DNA of 64,000 nt from an uncultured delta proteobacterium (lineage in GTDB: Bacteria > Desulfobacterota > Desulfobacteria > Desulfobacterales > CAVQMW01), in contig CAVQMW010000005.1 of NCBI GenBank assembly GCA_963713755.1, forward strand, positions 1,588,500 through 1,652,499, written 5' to 3'. Both the position numbers and the translations under genes were made by a program. The notes under the pieces are model-generated. The model made no database searches. It was not told the DNA's origin and saw nothing but the letters and a program-made list of their open reading frames with translations. The first letter of the stretch is position 1. The number at the start of each line of letters is the position of its first letter. Shown here in pieces: positions 58,638-64,000 of this stretch.

Positions 58638-60247
58638 GGAGAATCCTCCGGCGTCTGCAAGGCGCCCTGCTGGATCAACCGGATTTCGTGGCCCCGGTAG
58701 CGGCGGCCGGTGCAAAGATCGACCATCACCCGCTGATCGGGATCGGGCAGCTCCACCCGGATGCGATGCCTGATGGCCAGACGCCGCTCCACGGTGCACT
58801 GGAATACGGCCATGGCCACGGCCACCGGCAGCAGCCCGCCGGCATCCGAGCCGTCAGAGCGCTGCGCCGCCGCTTTAAGCAATCGGCTGAGCAGGATCCC
58901 GCCCTCGGAGCCTACCTGATCGTGCAACAGTTCAAAGGCGGCGTGCATCTGCCGCTCGTCCAGTTCGGGGATGAAGCGCTGGATCGGGGTGCCGTCGAAC
59001 TCGTAGACCGGCTGGCGTCTGTCACCGGGCACATTCCGGCGTTCCAGGGCCCGGTCACAGGCCTCGATCAGCGACGCCGGATCGAACAGGGTGCGTTGGG
59101 CCGGCGGGTCGATGCGGGCGATGAACTCCCTGCCCACCCGTGCCGCGTCGTCCTCACCCAGACGGCACAGGCGTCGCATCACCTCCTCCATGGGGGGAAA
59201 GGCCCCCAGGCTGCGCCGCCGGAAGAGCTTGAAACTGTGGTAGTCGTAGTCATCGGGAAGCTGCTGCAGCTCGGTGGTGAGATTCATCAACTGGTTGTTG
59301 AGGCGCTCGAGCATCTCAGCCAAGCGGTGTAGCTTGGCCTCGTGCCGGCCGTTGGCGGAAGCGGTCAGACTCTCGACGACCATGTTGTGCAGCCGCCGCC
59401 CCTCCTTCTGAATTGTGGTGGCCTGGTTGACGCCCTCTTCCGCCAGGGCCGCCACCTGCTCGAAGGCCACGGCGTGGATGTTGCGCCGGATCTGGCGGCG
59501 GGTGTTGCGAACCTCCAGGGCCTTGCGGGCGCACTGTTTGCGGTTGCCGTCGGCCACGGAGATGGCGTCGTCCACGTTGCCCCGGTCGATCAGCAGCTTG
59601 ATCCGAAGGTTGCCGATGGCCGTGGCGTCCAGGGCACCGGTCTCGTGGAGCCCGAAATAGGCGCTGTAGCCTTCGTCGCTGAGCGTGAACAGGGCCTCGC
59701 GCCCCTCTCCGGTGTAGATGGTCTTGATCAGCCAGAACCGGCGCTGCCGATATCGGCCGGCGCTGCCGTCGAACCAGGTGTATTGAAACGGCAGATAGCG
59801 GTTGTAGCGGTTGACGAGATGATCGAACACTTTGTTAAGTACGTCGCGCAACCCCTCACGGCTGGCCTCGATTCCGCAGGCTGCTACCTGCTTATGGACC
59901 AGGGGAAAAATCTTTTCCAGGATTTCAGACCGCGTGGCGCCGGACTGGTACTCGCTCAGCTCCGAAATGACATCCAGAATTGCAAAGGCGATCCACAATA
60001 GGTCCACCCCATCCCAGATTTTGCTGATGTCGTCGCTATCGCCCTGCGGAAACCGGCGGGCCTCCAGATCGAAGATGGGCCGCATAATTAATGCGGAATA
60101 AACTGCCCGATTCACATCCGATTGGAAACCGGGATCCGAAGGGCCCACCGGCGGGGGAGCGTGTATCGGATCCGGCGGGGTTGAGTCGGATCGATCCGTT
60201 TTCTGGTAACGCTTGACGAAATCAATCAGGTCGAGTTGGATCGGCAT
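58634..60247 (-). CDS. JetA/MksF-like kleisin candidate (537 aa)
   Basis: First gene of the coupled four-gene SMC operon (ATGA overlap); helical; size is typical for this position. Confidence 0.65.
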   Translation of the reverse strand: MPIQLDLIDFVKRYQKTDRSDSTPPDPIHAPPPVGPSDPGFQSDVNRAVYSALIMRPIFDLEARRFPQGDSDDISKIWDGVDLLWIAFAILDVISELSEYQSGATRSEILEKIFPLVHKQVAACGIEASREGLRDVLNKVFDHLVNRYNRYLPFQYTWFDGSAGRYRQRRFWLIKTIYTGEGREALFTLSDEGYSAYFGLHETGALDATAIGNLRIKLLIDRGNVDDAISVADGNRKQCARKALEVRNTRRQIRRNIHAVAFEQVAALAEEGVNQATTIQKEGRRLHNMVVESLTASANGRHEAKLHRLAEMLERLNNQLMNLTTELQQLPDDYDYHSFKLFRRRSLGAFPPMEEVMRRLCRLGEDDAARVGREFIARIDPPAQRTLFDPASLIEACDRALERRNVPGDRRQPVYEFDGTPIQRFIPELDERQMHAAFELLHDQVGSEGGILLSRLLKAAAQRSDGSDAGGLLPVAVAMAVFQCTVERRLAIRHRIRVELPDPDQRVMVDLCTGRRYRGHEIRLIQQGALQTPEDSP

Positions 60248-60584
60248 TTTCGTTGAAGGCCCTTTTTTACGTGCGAATCTCACGGAACGGTATAGACCAA
60301 GGCTGGTTTGATTTCAATCGCAAGAGGGAGTCATTGCCTGCGGTTTCATTTCGGTTTCTGCACCCTGTTACATCCAAGAGTCAACAAAATGCACCGTGCT
60401 ATCAGTCGATCAAATGGTGAAGGTTTCTTACCCCTTGAGAGGACGGGATGAGGAGGATGTGCCGCCTGAAAAGGCATGCGGCTAGTGACGTGAAGGGTTC
60501 AGAAGGGCGGATTAACTTTGAGACCGGATGCACAGGATTTGCAGGATTAAAAGCTGCGCCTGCTTCAAACAATGGGATTATTTT

Positions 60585-60944
60585 TCACTTAAAGCTCAAT
60601 TCAAGTTGATCAGCCGCAGACCTCAACCTCTTATCTGCTGTCCACAGCCGTATACCTGTCAGCTGAGCAGACGCTAAAAGCTGGACATCGACAAAACCAA
60701 TGCCTTTTCCCATTAACAGATGTTTATCGATGAAAAATAGGTATTCCTCAAATTCAATGGTCGCAGCCATGGGAAGAGATTGAAGCAAAGAGATGATTTC
60801 AATCCGGTTTTTCAGATTTTCACAGGCAAGTTCACCAATGATAAACGAATGGCACATAACTTCAGCATCCATTAGCAGCATTTGCAGTTGCCGGCTGCCC
60901 TGACGGAGGTGGGTAATCCAAATTGAAGTATCAACAAGAACCAT
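60585..60944 (-). CDS. vapC: VapC PIN-domain toxin
   Basis: LVDTSIWI, IGEL, IGFVD, LWTADKRL. Confidence 0.9.
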   Translation of the reverse strand: MVLVDTSIWITHLRQGSRQLQMLLMDAEVMCHSFIIGELACENLKNRIEIISLLQSLPMAATIEFEEYLFFIDKHLLMGKGIGFVDVQLLASAQLTGIRLWTADKRLRSAADQLELSFK

Positions 60945-60952
60945 GGTTGGTT

Positions 60953-61144
60953 TCAGGCGGATCTTCGTCTGGGAATGGAACGCAGATCATCCTCGGTTCC
61001 GCCGAGTTTAGCCAGACGCTTGCTGCTTTCCATGGCAATTAAAGCTTCTAACCCCAATCGCACTAAGGAGGTTTTCTCCTTAATACCGGTCAACCGCGAC
61101 GCCTTTTCCAATATTTTATCATCTATGTTGAGTGTTGTTCTCAT
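60953..61144 (-). CDS. vapB: VapB-family antitoxin
   Basis: MRTTLNIDD...KTSLVR.GLEAL; immediately upstream of vapC. Confidence 0.88.
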   Translation of the reverse strand: MRTTLNIDDKILEKASRLTGIKEKTSLVRLGLEALIAMESSKRLAKLGGTEDDLRSIPRRRSA

Positions 61145-61201
61145 ATGTATCCATATGGCACACTTGTCATCACCAACTGGAGAACGTCGTCGATTTCGCT
61201 A

Positions 61202-61540
61202 TTACGCCCATCTGCTGCCTAGGCAGTCGGAGAGCGAGTTGTAGATGGATATGACGGCTTGGATATCTACTATCATCATGTCGTCGGCTGCCTGAGGCCT
61301 TGCCTGGAAGAAGGGGACTGTATGCTCTTCATGCCAAATCTTGTACTGTGCCGCCCAAGCTCGATACGCGAGTACTGCTTGTTTGTGGTCGCCCGTCTTG
61401 TGCAACTCGTGTGCGCGGTCCCTAATCCCGGCATGGATGAAGAGCCGGCAGCACTTCTTGTACTTCATCCCACTGCCGCAAGGACATGAGGCGTTTGGAC
61501 CGATTTTGTATTTCCGAGGAGGCATGTGTATCGCGCTCAT
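61202..61540 (-). CDS. SEC-C motif protein, possibly truncated
   Basis: IGPNASCPCGSGMKYKKCC followed by a short helical region. Confidence 0.6.
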   Translation of the reverse strand: MSAIHMPPRKYKIGPNASCPCGSGMKYKKCCRLFIHAGIRDRAHELHKTGDHKQAVLAYRAWAAQYKIWHEEHTVPFFQARPQAADDMMIVDIQAVISIYNSLSDCLGSRWA

Positions 61541-61786
61541 GGTAAAGCGATCCGAAGACTAGTGCAAATTGGCTGTCGTATGAGGCTGTCTAACGCCGCG
61601 GTTGGAGCGAAGCATAGCTCACGGTCCGTTTATCAGTGTTGATAGATGGAAAACTTTCCGTATATCACCCTTATAGCATGGAAATTTTTCCATCTAAATT
61701 CATATTAATTTCTCTCATCAGCCTGCCTACTGGTGGCAGAGTAAGTTGAGTTTGTCAAATTTTTTAATGTGTTGCCGGGACGAATG

Positions 61787-61824
61787 AAAAACCGGCCGGG
61801 GAGCTAATCCCGGCCCGGTTTTTT
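61787..61824. terminator. hairpin terminator after fdh
   Basis: aaaaaccggccggg-N-cccggcccggttttt. Confidence 0.75.
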
Positions 61825-61847
61825 GTATTTCAGGAGGGTTCTGAGGC

Positions 61848-64000
61848 TCAGGCCACTTTGGCCACCTTCACCGCGCAGACTTTGAATTCCGGGATGCCGC
61901 AGATAGGGTCCAGGGCGGCGTTGGTCAGGGTGTTGGCGGCGGCGGCGGCAAAGTGGAAGGGGATGAAGACGGTGCCGTTGACCGCTTTGGGTGAGATTTG
62001 GGCCACGGCTTCGATTTCGCCCCGCCGGGAGCTGACCTTGATCCGCTCGCCGTGGGCCAGCTCCATCAGCTGGGCGTCCTGGGGCGCGATCTCCACGAAG
62101 CACTCCGGCGCGCGCTCGTTGAGATCGTCGCTTTTCATGGTCATGGTGCCGGTGTGGTAGTGGTAGAGGATGCGCCCGGTGGTGAGGGCCAGGGGGTATT
62201 CGGTGTCCACGGTTTCATCCGGCGCGATCCAGTCGATGCCGTGAAACACGCCCTTGCCGGAAGCGAAGCGCTCCACATGCAGGATGGGGGTACCGGGATG
62301 CTCCGGGGTGGGGCAGGGCCAAGGGATACCGTCGGCGGCAATGCGATCATAGCTGAGTCCGGTGTAAGAGGGCGTTACCTTGCAAAGTTCGGCAAAGATC
62401 TCCTCGGCGGAGTTGTAGGACATGGGGTAGCCCATGCGGCCGGCCACATCGCAGATGATCTGCCAATCTTCCCGGGCTTCGCCGGGGGGCTCCACCGCCT
62501 TGCGCACCCGCTGCACTTTACGTTCGGTGTTGGAAAAGGTGCCCTCTTTCTCGGCGAAACAGTAGGCGGGCAGGACTACATCCGCTTTCTGAGCGGTTTC
62601 GTTGAGAAAAATATCCTGAACCACCAAAAGCTCCAGCTTATCGATGCTGGCTTTCGCGTGATTCAGATCGGGATCGGAGACCAGGGGATTTTCCCCCACG
62701 ATATAGAGCGCCTTGAGCTTGCCCTCATGGGCCGCGGGAATCATCTGGGTAGCCTTCATACCCGGTTTGTCCGGCAGATTGGGGACATTCCAGGCGTTGG
62801 CCATCTTTTCCCGGGCCGCCGGGTCGATCACCTTTTGGTAGCCGCTGTAGACATCAGGCAGGCCGCCCATGTCACAGGCGCCCTGGACATTGTTCTGGCC
62901 CCGCAAAGGATTCACACCGCCGCCCGCGATGCCCAGATTGCCGCAAAGCATGGCCAGGTTGGCCAGGGATTTGACGTTGTCTACGCCCGAGGTGTGTTGC
63001 GTGATGCCCATGCAGTAGAGGATGCTGGCCTTTTCCGCTTGGGCATAGAGCCGGGCGCTGTCGATGAGATCCTGGGCCGGGATGCCGGTGATCTCCTCTA
63101 CATACTCGGGGGTGTAGGTGGCCGTGATGCGCCGCACCTCGTCGAAACCTACGGTGCGTTCTTCCACATACGCTTTGGCGTAGAGCTCTTCCTTGATGAT
63201 GACATGGATCAGACCGTTGATCCAGGCCACGTCGGTGCCCAGATTGGGGCGCAGGTAATAATCGGCGAAACTGGCCAGTTTGATGCGCCGGGGATCCACC
63301 ACGATCAATTTCTTGCCCAGATAGGCAGCAGCCCGCTTGACATGGGCGGAGATCACCGGGTGGTTTTCGGTGGTGTTGGATCCGGTCACCAGGAGCAGAT
63401 CGGCTTTTTCGATGCAGGAAATGGGATTGGTCATCGCGCCACTTCCGAAAGCTGCGGCCAGACCGGCCACGGTGGAGCTGTGTCAGAGCCGGGCGCAATG
63501 GTCTACGTTGTTGGTTTTGACCACCGCCCGGGCCAGTTTCTGCACCAGGTAGTTCTCCTCGTTGGAGACCCGCGCGCTGCTCAGAAAGCCGATGCTGTCG
63601 GCGCCGTGGCGGTTGCGGATCTGGCTCAATTGGTCTCCCACCAGATCCAGGGCTTCATCCCAGGTGGCCTGCTCCAGTTCGCCGTTCTTGCGGATCAGGG
63701 GGTGGGTGAGTCGCTCCGGGGAGCTGATGAAGTGGTAGCCGAAGCGGCCCTTGACGCACAGCTTGCCATGGTTGGGGGCGACGTCCAGTCCGGTCACCTT
63801 CACCACGCGATTGTCCTTGACATGCAGCGCAATTTGGCAGCCCACTCCGCAATAGGTGCAGGTGGTGCGCACTTTTTTAGTTTCCCAGGGGCGGACCCGA
63901 TAGCGCACGTCCTTTTCCACCAGGGCGCCCACCGGGCAGACCTGCACGCACTCTCCGCAGAACACGCAGTCCGAATCCTTGAGGGGCCGGTCTCCGGCGG
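61848..64000 (-). CDS. fdhF: selenocysteine-containing formate dehydrogenase alpha subunit (5'-partial; in-frame UGA at 63483-63485)
   Basis: CVFCGECVQVCP, TCTYCGVGC, LCVKGRFG, DHCARL-UGA-HSSTVAGL, LRGQNNVQG, IPEFKVCAV; the two ORFs are in the same frame. Confidence 0.95.
63450..63482 (-). promoter_or_regulatory. bacterial SECIS element
   Basis: mRNA UGA-CAC-AGCU-CCACC-GUGGCC-GGUCU-GGCCGC-AGCU forms a hairpin with a GGUCU loop directly 3' of the UGA. Confidence 0.88.

Noticed and set aside
61588-61645. attC-like half site (minus strand ccaaccgcggcGTTAGAC) ahead of the SEC-C gene
   Set aside because: There is no complementary RYYYAAC arm, second cassette site or integron integrase; too weak to call.
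63483-63485. Premature stop suggesting an fdh pseudogene
   Set aside because: The UGA is at the catalytic Sec/Cys position and is followed by a SECIS hairpin.

Overview
A GC-rich bacterial chromosome segment, probably from a Desulfobacterota-like anaerobe (inferred from gene content). About 1-43 kb is mostly housekeeping and metabolism: holA, pyk, a liv ABC operon, asd, folBK, rocD/argD, ugp ABC plus GDPD, tRNA-Arg(CCG), folC, rpsU, a tRNA nucleotidyltransferase, mnmA, mtaB and djlA. Scattered REP/MITE-like repeats and a candidate metal-regulated His-rich/FmdE locus lie among these genes. About 43-64 kb is accessory-rich. It holds a Cache kinase and sigma54 activator pair, and an IS110 element inserted into a REP-like palindrome. 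Its CT core, circle-junction promoter and candidate target and donor guides of a bridge RNA can all be read from the sequence. Next come a sigma54-driven OFA-family transporter with an N-terminal His-less HisKA-like domain, and a ~10 kb island with a Wadjet/MksBEFG-like SMC operon, a truncated SF2 helicase and VapBC. The island is bracketed by a duplicated 3' end of a selenocysteine-containing formate dehydrogenase gene. All calls come from motif recognition by eye; no database searches were run.
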